Origin: an uncultured Nitrososphaeraceae archaeon | Lineage (GTDB): Archaea > Thermoproteota > Nitrososphaeria > Nitrososphaerales > Nitrososphaeraceae | Direction: 5' to 3' | Assembly: GCA_963779615.1 (NCBI GenBank) | Contig: CAVZZA010000005.1 | Span: 704,001 to 768,000, forward strand | Length of the DNA: 64,000 nt | Shown here: piece by piece, positions 55,910 to 64,000 of the stretch | Layout of the letters: every line of letters begins with the position of its first letter | Position numbering within the stretch: position 1 is the first letter of the stretch | Program-made: the position numbers and the translations under genes | Notes under the pieces: generated by a model | The model's input: only the letters and a program-made list of their open reading frames with translations | Told to the model about the DNA's origin: nothing | Database searches by the model: none

Positions 55910-56387
55910 GTCGATAGACGGTTTCAGAAATTTTACCGACATCAAAACAATTTCTCATATCAACCACAGTTAACTGCGCCCTAAATTTCATAATGTTTTC
56001 GACAGAGGAACGAATAAAAGGATTGGGGGAAATTGATCCCACTATTTTTCCACAAGAATCAGCCCCATTTTTTATTAGATTAATCAATGCATCACCAGGA
56101 TAATGGCCGGGCGTGTCTTTACCACACAATATAATGTATTTTAATTCAGTTTTGTTAATACAATAATCAATCATTTGATCTATGCCCTTATTCTCAGAAT
56201 ACAGACGCCCTGCAATCGCCAAGTGTTTCATTAAACACCCATCAGATATTTTGATTAAAAGGTCTATACTCGATAGGGTACAGATAGAAACATTGGTTCC
56301 ATGACCTTTGAATATGTCAACTCGAATAGGAAACAATATTCTACATGCTTCACCTGCAAAATCATCCAATTTGTTTTTAATAGTCAT
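55899..56387 (-). CDS. Soluble MtrA-like corrinoid-binding protein
   Basis: ICTLSS, SENKGI, LCGKDTPGHYPGDAL, GKIVGS...PF; no TM anchor. Confidence 0.8.
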   Translation of the reverse strand: MTIKNKLDDFAGEACRILFPIRVDIFKGHGTNVSICTLSSIDLLIKISDGCLMKHLAIAGRLYSENKGIDQMIDYCINKTELKYIILCGKDTPGHYPGDALINLIKNGADSCGKIVGSISPNPFIRSSVENIMKFRAQLTVVDMRNCFDVGKISETVYRLTC

Positions 56388-56793
56388 GTCTTATTTAATC
56401 CCCAGCTTACCTTAGAATTTGGTTGTATTTTTAAAAAGGGTGACTCACATTCTGCCCAAGGATCATTTCGTACCCAATCAAATTTGTTGAAAAAAATTGC
56501 ATATATTTTTTTGAATAATTCCCCCCTTTCAATCAGCTGCGCACTACCACAAACAACTATACCTTTATGATTTTGAGGATGATAAATATCCACAACCAAA
56601 CTAACAAAATTGTTGTTTTTAACATTTCTTAGTTTTTTTTTGTTCCATAGTCTGCAGAGATATAAAAAGACCCATCGGCAAAAACATAACAAACAGGAAC
56701 AACATGAGGTTTATTTCTGAAAGATGTAGCTAGTCTACAACACTCATTATCACCTAGAAACAGTAATTCCTCAGCGGATAAATCAAAAACCAT
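56384..56793 (-). CDS. PNPOx-like (split beta-barrel, possibly F420-dependent) oxidoreductase, frameshifted at an A9 run
   Basis: From ATG 56793: CRLATS...PHVVPV...DYGTKK then frame change to LRNVKNN..VSLVVD...SWG. Confidence 0.8.
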
Positions 56794-56898
56794 TGTCTTT
56801 TAACCCCCTGTAGATATAAATAGTTATTTGGTTTTAAAAGATATAAAATACCAAGTTTTTTAAAAAGCAATCTAAAATAAATAAGTGTTTATAATAAA

Positions 56899-57432
56899 AT
56901 GACAGACAAAGGTCTAATAATTATCTATTATGGAAACGGAAAAGGTAAAACAACAGCAGCTTTGGGTGTTGCACTGAGAGCAATAGGATATAATCATAAT
57001 GTATGTATGATCCAATTTATCAAAGGAGAATGGGATTACGGAGAATTATATAGTTCAAACAAACTTAAACCTAATTTTGAGCTAATAGTCACAGGCAAAG
57101 GATTTGTAGGCATAATAGATGACGACCATGCTATTGATGAACACATACAATCATCAAAAAATGCATTAAAAATAGCAAAAGAAAAGATAAATTCTGGTAA
57201 ATACAATACAGTCATTTTAGACGAGATAAACTATGCAATAAAATTGAATCTTATTACAGAAAATGACGTTATTAGTTTGTTAGAATCCAAACCAATAGAA
57301 TTAAACATCATCATGACAGGAAATCACTTGACCGATAAAATACTGCAATTAGCTGACCTTGTAACAGAAATGAAGGAAGTGAAGCACCCGTATAAAAAAG
57401 GCATTAAAGCTAAAAAAGGAATAGATTTTTAA
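56899..57432 (+). CDS. cobO: Corrinoid adenosyltransferase (CobO/BtuR)
   Basis: GNGKGKTTAALG, QFIKG, LDEI, KHPY..GI.AKKGIDF. Confidence 0.95.
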   Translation: MTDKGLIIIYYGNGKGKTTAALGVALRAIGYNHNVCMIQFIKGEWDYGELYSSNKLKPNFELIVTGKGFVGIIDDDHAIDEHIQSSKNALKIAKEKINSGKYNTVILDEINYAIKLNLITENDVISLLESKPIELNIIMTGNHLTDKILQLADLVTEMKEVKHPYKKGIKAKKGIDF

Positions 57433-57478
57433 ACAACAAAAGCAAAATTAATTAATCTAACAAAATGGTTTAACTATA

Positions 57479-58288
57479 TTGAGTATTGCTGAAACAAAAA
57501 AACTCCCAGAGTTAGGCGAGATAGTAATAGTTACAGTCAAAGAGGTTACGGGGCATGGTGCATATGTAACCCTTGATGAATATGATAATCTTACGGCTTT
57601 TCTTCATATATCAGAGATAGCTACCGGATGGATAAGAAATATTGAAAGATATGTAAAAATGAAACAAAAGACAGTCCTCAAAGTAATAAGGGTAAATCAA
57701 GCAAGGTCTGAGGTAGATTTATCTTTAAAGCAGGTGACTGGAGAGGAAAAAAAATCAAAAGTAATTGAGGTAAAAAAAGATGAAAAAGGATCGGCATTTA
57801 TGGACATAATTAAAACAAAGTTAGGCTATGACCAAAAAACCATTCAAGAACTAGAAGATAAATTAAATCAAAAATATGATTTTATTTACGACGCTTTTGA
57901 AGCGGTAGCAATCAAAGGCGTTGACATATTGAGTGGCCTAGAGTTAAAACCAGAAGTAATTGAAGCAATAGAACACGAAAGTAAAAAAATTCAAATCCCC
58001 TACATTGAAGTAAGAGCAGTGCTCGAAATTGTTGTTAAAAAAGGTAATGGTATCGACATTATAAAGAACATTTTAGTATCAGTAGAGGGATCAAAAAATA
58101 ACGCCAAAATCGACATAACATATGTTGGAGCTCCAAAATATAGAATAACAGTCACTGCAGAGAATTTCAAAATTGCAGAAAAAGTTTTAAATCAAGCAAT
58201 AGAAAAAATTAAGAACAACATAGAAAAAAACGGAGGCACGTTTAAATTTTCCAGAGAGGAATCTAAAAAAACTCATCATAACATATAA
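57479..58288 (+). CDS. eif2a: Translation initiation factor 2 alpha
   Basis: S1 domain LHISEIATGW, VDLSLK, GAPKYRI. Confidence 0.95.
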   Translation: MSIAETKKLPELGEIVIVTVKEVTGHGAYVTLDEYDNLTAFLHISEIATGWIRNIERYVKMKQKTVLKVIRVNQARSEVDLSLKQVTGEEKKSKVIEVKKDEKGSAFMDIIKTKLGYDQKTIQELEDKLNQKYDFIYDAFEAVAIKGVDILSGLELKPEVIEAIEHESKKIQIPYIEVRAVLEIVVKKGNGIDIIKNILVSVEGSKNNAKIDITYVGAPKYRITVTAENFKIAEKVLNQAIEKIKNNIEKNGGTFKFSREESKKTHHNI

Positions 58289-58302
58289 AAAACAATAAAG
58301 AA

Positions 58303-58494
58303 ATGAAACATAGAATTAAAAAATGCAAAATCTGTCAAAAATACACATTGAAAGAATCTTGTCCATTCTGCAAAACAGAGACAAATGATCCCCACCCGCC
58401 TAAATTTTCACTGGAGGACAAATACATAAGATATAGAGTCATTGATGCGCACACAACTAACAAAACAAACTCAAGAGACGAAAAAAACTTGTAA
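58303..58494 (+). CDS. nop10: H/ACA RNP protein Nop10
   Basis: KC..C..YTL...CP.C, HPPKFSLEDKY; follows aIF2-alpha. Confidence 0.93.
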   Translation: MKHRIKKCKICQKYTLKESCPFCKTETNDPHPPKFSLEDKYIRYRVIDAHTTNKTNSRDEKNL

Positions 58495-58585
58495 AAAATG
58501 CATTACATAATTCAATGGGTATTAAAAGGTCATTGAAAAAATCCACTTAAAAATTAACATCATGATAAAGATTCACTAATTTTTG

Positions 58586-59509
58586 TTATTGCAATCCTTG
58601 AGTATTGGTGTTTTTTGTCAGATTGACAAAAGGAATCAGCTCTTTGGCGGTATCATTTACCGGTTTGAAACCGTCGTTGGTGTCACCGGTATTGGCGTTG
58701 TTGTTCTCGGTGCTGTTTTTGGAAATGTTTTGGAGGGCTGTAGCATTTGACGGAGTGGCGTTGAATACTTGTTTGATCGGTATAGTAGTAGCATTGGTGT
58801 TTTTTGTCAGATTGACAACAAAAGGAATCAGCTCTTTGGCGGTATCATTTACCGGTTTGAAACCGTCGTTGGTGTTGTCCCGGGTCATATTTTGGAGGGC
58901 TGTAGCATTTGACGGAGTGGCGTTGATGGTTCTGGCCATTGCGATGTCAGTAGCATTGGTGTTTTTTGTCAGATTGACAACAAAAGGAATCAGCTCTTTG
59001 GCGGTATCATTTACCAGTTTGAAACCGTCGTTGGTGTCACCGGTATTGGTGTTGTTGTTCTCGGTGCTGTTTTTGGAAATGTTTTGGAGGGCTGTAGCAT
59101 TTGACGGAGTAGCAAAAGGAATCAGCTCTTTGGCGGTATCATTTACCGGTTTGAAACCGTCGTTGGTGTCACCGGTATTGGTGTTGTTGTTCTCGGTGCT
59201 GTTTTTGGAAATGTTTTGGAGGGCTGTAGCATTTGACGGAGTGGCGTTGATTACTTGTTTGATCGGTATAGTAGTAGCATTGGTGTTTTCCATTTCTTTT
59301 ATCATTAGAGGTATCAATGAAAGCCCGACGGCATTATTGATACCAAGAAACGGTCTATCACTTTCGGTCGAATTAATGTCTTGCCCATATGAAAAAAAGA
59401 AGCTATTTACAGAAGAAAATGTAGGAGAAGCCAGTGAAATAGAAACGATCCACATTAACGACAAAGATAAGATAAAAAATAATTTTTTAATGTTTTTGCC
59501 ACGCATCAA
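58586..59509 (-). CDS. Secreted Asn/Thr-rich mosaic repeat protein
   Basis: Signal peptide plus four ATPSNATALQN...TNDGFKPVNDTAKELIPF modules. Confidence 0.75.
   Translation of the reverse strand: MMRGKNIKKLFFILSLSLMWIVSISLASPTFSSVNSFFFSYGQDINSTESDRPFLGINNAVGLSLIPLMIKEMENTNATTIPIKQVINATPSNATALQNISKNSTENNNTNTGDTNDGFKPVNDTAKELIPFATPSNATALQNISKNSTENNNTNTGDTNDGFKLVNDTAKELIPFVVNLTKNTNATDIAMARTINATPSNATALQNMTRDNTNDGFKPVNDTAKELIPFVVNLTKNTNATTIPIKQVFNATPSNATALQNISKNSTENNNANTGDTNDGFKPVNDTAKELIPFVNLTKNTNTQGLQ
58605..59290 (-). repeat. Mosaic of near-identical DNA repeat modules
   Basis: caaaaggaatcagctctttggcggtatcatttacc and ttttggagggctgtagcatttgacggagt each occur four times. Confidence 0.88.
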
Positions 59510-59632
59510 ACTATAAGTTGTTTTATAAGATAAATATATTACTATATATATTGTCTAGGGTAATTTAATTTTTTAAATTAATAAAATGAGTAATTTAAGG
59601 TTCTTTTCTTAGTTCAAGAAAAAAAATAGGTT

Positions 59633-60562
59633 TTATTTGCCTATACACAAGCCGCCTGGCACTGACATGTTACAATTGTTGTCTGTGAATACGTTGTGGT
59701 TTATATTGGTTGGTAGGCCGTTGCCGTTGTTCAAATCTACTCCTGTGTTTTGTACTACTGTGTTTGTGTTTACATTGTTTAGTGTGCTTTGACCATCTAC
59801 AAACACACCATTAACTGATCCTTTGATTATGTTAGTCGATACTTCATTTCCCTGGGAGTTCACAAGGGTTACACCAGCCAATGCATTTGATAGGAGAAGG
59901 TTTGTTTTCATTACAGTACCCGAGGAGGAGTGTGATGCAAAGCCTATCTTGTTTGAATCCATCATATTTTCTTGGATGCTGGTAGTTTTTGCGCCTGTGT
60001 TGAATATTGCAATCTCATTTTCAGTGAAGGTCACTCTATTTACTGAGTTACTGTCACCACCGGTATTCAAAATACCTGCCTGGAAGTTTGTAATAGTGCC
60101 TGGGCCAATAACTTGAACACCATTGTTGTTTGCGAGCATTACACCTATTTTAGAACTTGCTGGACCGGGTCCTGCAATTGTATACCCATTCAAATCAATT
60201 GTGATGCCATTACCGCCTACAATTATACCATCAGTTTTACAATCAAGGTTTGCTGACAGCTTTACGCTTTTTGTAATTACTTCACCACAGGATAAACTTG
60301 TGCTTACTGGCTCTGTAGCGAGTAATGAGGTGGGCTGGGTGGTGGTGGCATCACTTGATTTGGAGGTAGTATCGGCTGATTTGATTGGTTGGTCATTATC
60401 AGCTGATTTGATTGGTTCGTTAGAATCACTATTATTAGAAGTAGGACTGTTTAAGAAACTTTCCATGCTGCTTTGGGCTGATGCCAAAGTTGGTTGGGTT
60501 AACAAAGCACCAACAGATGCAAATGCCATTATTGCGGCCATGAGGTATATTTTGCTATACAT
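59633..60562 (-). CDS. Secreted right-handed beta-helix (NosD/pectin-lyase-like) protein
   Basis: Signal peptide, S/T linker, IDLNGYTI, Asn-ladder repeats. Confidence 0.85.
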   Translation of the reverse strand: MYSKIYLMAAIMAFASVGALLTQPTLASAQSSMESFLNSPTSNNSDSNEPIKSADNDQPIKSADTTSKSSDATTTQPTSLLATEPVSTSLSCGEVITKSVKLSANLDCKTDGIIVGGNGITIDLNGYTIAGPGPASSKIGVMLANNNGVQVIGPGTITNFQAGILNTGGDSNSVNRVTFTENEIAIFNTGAKTTSIQENMMDSNKIGFASHSSSGTVMKTNLLLSNALAGVTLVNSQGNEVSTNIIKGSVNGVFVDGQSTLNNVNTNTVVQNTGVDLNNGNGLPTNINHNVFTDNNCNMSVPGGLCIGK

Positions 60563-60949
60563 TCAAACAAACAAATCATTGTATAATATATATGGGAAAC
60601 TGTTATTTGTACCTAATTCTACATTACTTTCTATCAAACATAATTTATTAATGACTAGATTATTTAGAACTTTTTTATTATAAATTCTTATTATATTGAC
60701 AATTTACGCTCGTAAAATCAACATATAACTAAACAAGCTTTTTACCTCTGCAAAACCCTTTTTCTCTGGATATGTGACATATTTTCAAAAAATCTTAAGG
60801 TAGTTGTGCATTGATTCAAATTAATTCGACAGATAGGTTTCAATGCAAAAAAAAACCTTCTGATATGATCAATAATAATTCAGCAAAATCCTGAAGAACC
60901 AAAGCATCAAACAAAAATTAATATTATTATCTCTTCATTGTAACAATGT

Positions 60950-61990
60950 TTGAAATTCGCCATTATAGGAGCAGGAGTTGCTGGAAGTTATCTAGGCAGC
61001 ATGCTTTGCAATAATGGTCATGACATAACGATTTTTGAGGCATATCAAAGAGACAAACACTGGCCAGTATGTGCATGGGGTGCTTCAAGACATATGCTAG
61101 AATACTTTTCACAAAAAGCAGGTTTAGAATTCGACGATTACATATATCATGTTGGAAAAAACCTAAGGATGGAACTGCCCAACGATAAAGAAGAATTTTT
61201 AGAATTAGACGGATTGGTAACATATAATAAAAAGCAATGGGAAAGTGATCTTCTTAAAAATATAAACATTAAATATGGTAATACATGTAAGAAGGAAACG
61301 TTTCCTTCGCATAACTATGATTATGTTTTGGATTGTACCGGTTTTCACAGAGCATTTTTACCAAAAACCAAAGGCGATTTTATTATCCCTGCGTATGAAT
61401 TTTTAGTTGAAAATATACACGAGATTAAAGAATTTTATGTGATTGGCTATAAAGGAGCTAGAGGGTATTTTTGGTTTTTTCCGCTAAATAATGGAATGGG
61501 TTTCGTGGGTGCAGGAGATATAGATAAAAACTATTATGGAATAAAAGAATTTTTCATTCGTTACCCTAACGCAAAAGTAGTAAAAAAAATTGGGAGGCCT
61601 ATTCGTTTGTCACCACCAAATTTAATGGAACCATTTTATAGTAACAATATTATAGGAATTGGAGAATCCATAGGGACAGTATTTCCGATGCTGGGAGAAG
61701 GAATCATCCCATCCCTATTATGCTGCGAAATATTTTTAAAAGTTATTGAAGAAAATAAAGACAACGCTAACAAATTTAGCAAAGAAGAATACAGAAAAAG
61801 GGTTTTGAAAAAATTTCATTATTATCATGATGTTTACAAAATCATACGTTTGAAGATGGATGGCAATTTAAGTACGGTTAAACACTTTAACTTGTTGCTA
61901 AGCATGTACAAAAATATGAAAAAAGAAGAGAAAAGGTTCGGTTTTGAAATTAGTTTTGAAAAAATGAGGAGGCTAGTAAATGCGTTATAA
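60950..61990 (+). CDS. FAD-dependent oxidoreductase, geranylgeranyl reductase-like
   Basis: GAGVAG, CAWG, GYFWFFP, GESIG...P..GEGI. Confidence 0.82.
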   Translation: MKFAIIGAGVAGSYLGSMLCNNGHDITIFEAYQRDKHWPVCAWGASRHMLEYFSQKAGLEFDDYIYHVGKNLRMELPNDKEEFLELDGLVTYNKKQWESDLLKNINIKYGNTCKKETFPSHNYDYVLDCTGFHRAFLPKTKGDFIIPAYEFLVENIHEIKEFYVIGYKGARGYFWFFPLNNGMGFVGAGDIDKNYYGIKEFFIRYPNAKVVKKIGRPIRLSPPNLMEPFYSNNIIGIGESIGTVFPMLGEGIIPSLLCCEIFLKVIEENKDNANKFSKEEYRKRVLKKFHYYHDVYKIIRLKMDGNLSTVKHFNLLLSMYKNMKKEEKRFGFEISFEKMRRLVNAL

Positions 61991-62415
61991 TATTCCATAA
62001 TGCAGAACAATGTAAATGAATTACCATTTTTTTGTCAATCAACAAAATTATTATTATGTAGAAGATTTATACATTTATACATCAATTTATTGAACATGAA
62101 TTTTGTAATTTGAGATTGGAATCTAATGAAAAATTTTTGGCAGGATTTCCCTGTTTGTTCCACACCTACCCAAAGTGTCAATGATCACTAAAACCAAAGC
62201 TTTTCCTTTTTTCGAATGGATTTAGGTTTATTTGTCCATAATTAATAACCATGAAATTGATCGTCATATTAGTAACCATAGAAACAAAAATATCATATAC
62301 AGTAAACACCATATTTGAAGTATCGGCATAACAATCACCAGAAATAACAACACGATGCATGGCAAGAGAAAACATGCAAACAGCAAATAACTATATAAAA
62401 AACAATAGCAGCGAT

Positions 62416-63285
62416 TTACTTCCCATTCACAGTCACATTAATAGAGGCAATAGACTCCAACAAAATTCGGGCAGCTAAAGATGCTGTGATATTGTTGACA
62501 TCAAAATCAGGTGAAAACTCCACAATATCAAGCCCTACAATTCCAGCGGAAATTGCTAATTTGGTGAGATAAACAAGATCAATACTGGATAAACCGCAAG
62601 GAGAAGGCACAGAAACACCAGGTGCAAAAGCAGGATCAAGACAATCTAGATCGATAGATATGTAGATTTTACCGTTATTTTTTTTAGATTTAATCACATC
62701 AGCAATTTTCAACAGTCCTCTTTCTCTAACATCAATAGGTGTGATAATTTCCAATCCCACGCCACTAGCATTTATTAGTTCTTCATGTTCAGCAGATCTT
62801 GTTCCAATTAGCATACTTTTTCCAAAATCGATACATCTGGAAGAATCAGTTAATACTGAACCATAATAATCTGTCGCAGAAGAAACAAAGTCTGGGTGAG
62901 CATCAAAATATAGCAAGCCCACCTTGCCAAAGAAATCATTCATTGCCTGTAATGCAATAGTAGTGATTGAGTGGTCACCGCCTAAAAGTATAGGTATTTT
63001 TTTAGCCGAAACTAAATCAAATACCAACTGATAAAGATCCTCTCTTTTAATATCCCCATAGTCCAATACCTTTTTGTCATCAACACTGGCATGCATAGGA
63101 CAGATAGGAATAATTTTCCCATTTCGTATGAAAAAGTTTGATTCATTCGAAGCGATACGAATCATTTCTGGTCCCTTACTAGTACCTTTTCTTAGGGCAT
63201 GGGATTTTGACTCATCAGGTATACCGATTATTACGATGTCAGCTGCAGCGATTTTATCCACATTAGAATTATACAAGTGAACCAT
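62416..63285 (-). CDS. Agmatinase/arginase family ureohydrolase
   Basis: GGDHS, DAHPD, SIDLDCLDP...PG. Confidence 0.92.
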   Translation of the reverse strand: MVHLYNSNVDKIAAADIVIIGIPDESKSHALRKGTSKGPEMIRIASNESNFFIRNGKIIPICPMHASVDDKKVLDYGDIKREDLYQLVFDLVSAKKIPILLGGDHSITTIALQAMNDFFGKVGLLYFDAHPDFVSSATDYYGSVLTDSSRCIDFGKSMLIGTRSAEHEELINASGVGLEIITPIDVRERGLLKIADVIKSKKNNGKIYISIDLDCLDPAFAPGVSVPSPCGLSSIDLVYLTKLAISAGIVGLDIVEFSPDFDVNNITASLAARILLESIASINVTVNGK

Positions 63286-63540
63286 CTATACGCTAAATAG
63301 TAAATTATCAATCAATATAAAATCGCTTTGCACGCAATACAAATCACGGAACATGAAACAATCAATCAAGAAATCATCCTAAACATAAAAAAAACTATTT
63401 GTATTTGACTAGGTGAATTTGAAAATGCGGATATTTGTGTCCCGAAACATATTATACAAAGGCAAATCAGGCCAACATATAGGTTCAAAAAACACAAATT
63501 AATACAATCATTTGAAACCCATACAAGGAAATTAGACACT

Positions 63541-64000
63541 AGATCTTGCGTAATTGCACCTAAACAGCTTCATGACCTTCAGTTTCTCACTAACCTGTCC
63601 TTTCTTTGCTCACGTATGACAGGTTATCCATAAAACCATTGCTTTTCAAGTCGTTCACCAGCCTAACGGTAAAGGAATTCTATGGCATTTACGATAAGGA
63701 AATACTAAAAGATACATCTTATGGTTAACCGCCAGGGCATCATCATTCACAAAACAAAACACAAGAAAGGACAGCGGCATTACTATGACACCTATAAAAA
63801 GAATCACCCTGTCACTCCAAAGCAGGTTGTCAGCGTGTTTGACCTTGGTTATAGGAGTTGAAAAAGCCTTTCCTGACCAAAAGTCATCAGTGCCAAACAG
63901 AAAGATGAGAAACCGAGTTGATTCAAGAGGAAAAAGAGTACAACCAGAATCACTGCCGAAAAAGGATGGTGATAGAGCATGCCATTTGCAGAATGAAAAA
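63541..64000 (+). mobile_element. Internally deleted copy of the IS5-family element at 30802
   Basis: End agatcttgcgtaatt matches the reverse complement of 31826-31840; shares cgtatgacaggttatcca...aaaccattgcttttcaagtcgttcacc and aaagaatcaccctgtcactccaa. Confidence 0.85.

Noticed and set aside
55899-56387. MtrA as evidence of methanogenesis
   Set aside because: No membrane anchor, no other mtr or mcr genes, thaumarchaeal context
58605-59516. 303 aa plus-strand ORF
   Set aside because: Antisense shadow of the repeat protein, which has the signal peptide

Overview
AT-rich archaeal chromosome segment whose gene set points to an ammonia-oxidising archaeon (Nitrososphaerota, probably Nitrosocosmicus-like; inferred from undivided rpoB, bacterial-type MetK, uvrBAC, cbi genes and many TTG starts). 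Most of it is housekeeping: rpoH-rpoB-rpoA1, RPA, Lhr helicase, beta-CASP RNase, RNase P subunits, rps3ae, egsA, taw1, an intron-containing tRNA-His, uvrBAC, a cobalamin cluster, metK, Lsm, aIF2-alpha and nop10. Six decayed IS remnants (IS6, IS630, three IS5, one unclassified DDE) and two small accessory patches (about 30.2-34.4 kb and 43.4-47.1 kb) are interspersed. Items missed or mis-called by the ORF track are a C/D-box guide sRNA, rpoH with a CTG start, a RadB-like ATPase with no canonical start, a VapB antitoxin, and frameshifts in egtB, uvrC and a PNPOx/F420-type gene. The most intriguing unit is a translationally coupled PNPOx/F420-type oxidoreductase plus a soluble MtrA-like corrinoid protein, divergent from cobO near the B12 genes. 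All calls come from motif reading by eye; no searches were run.
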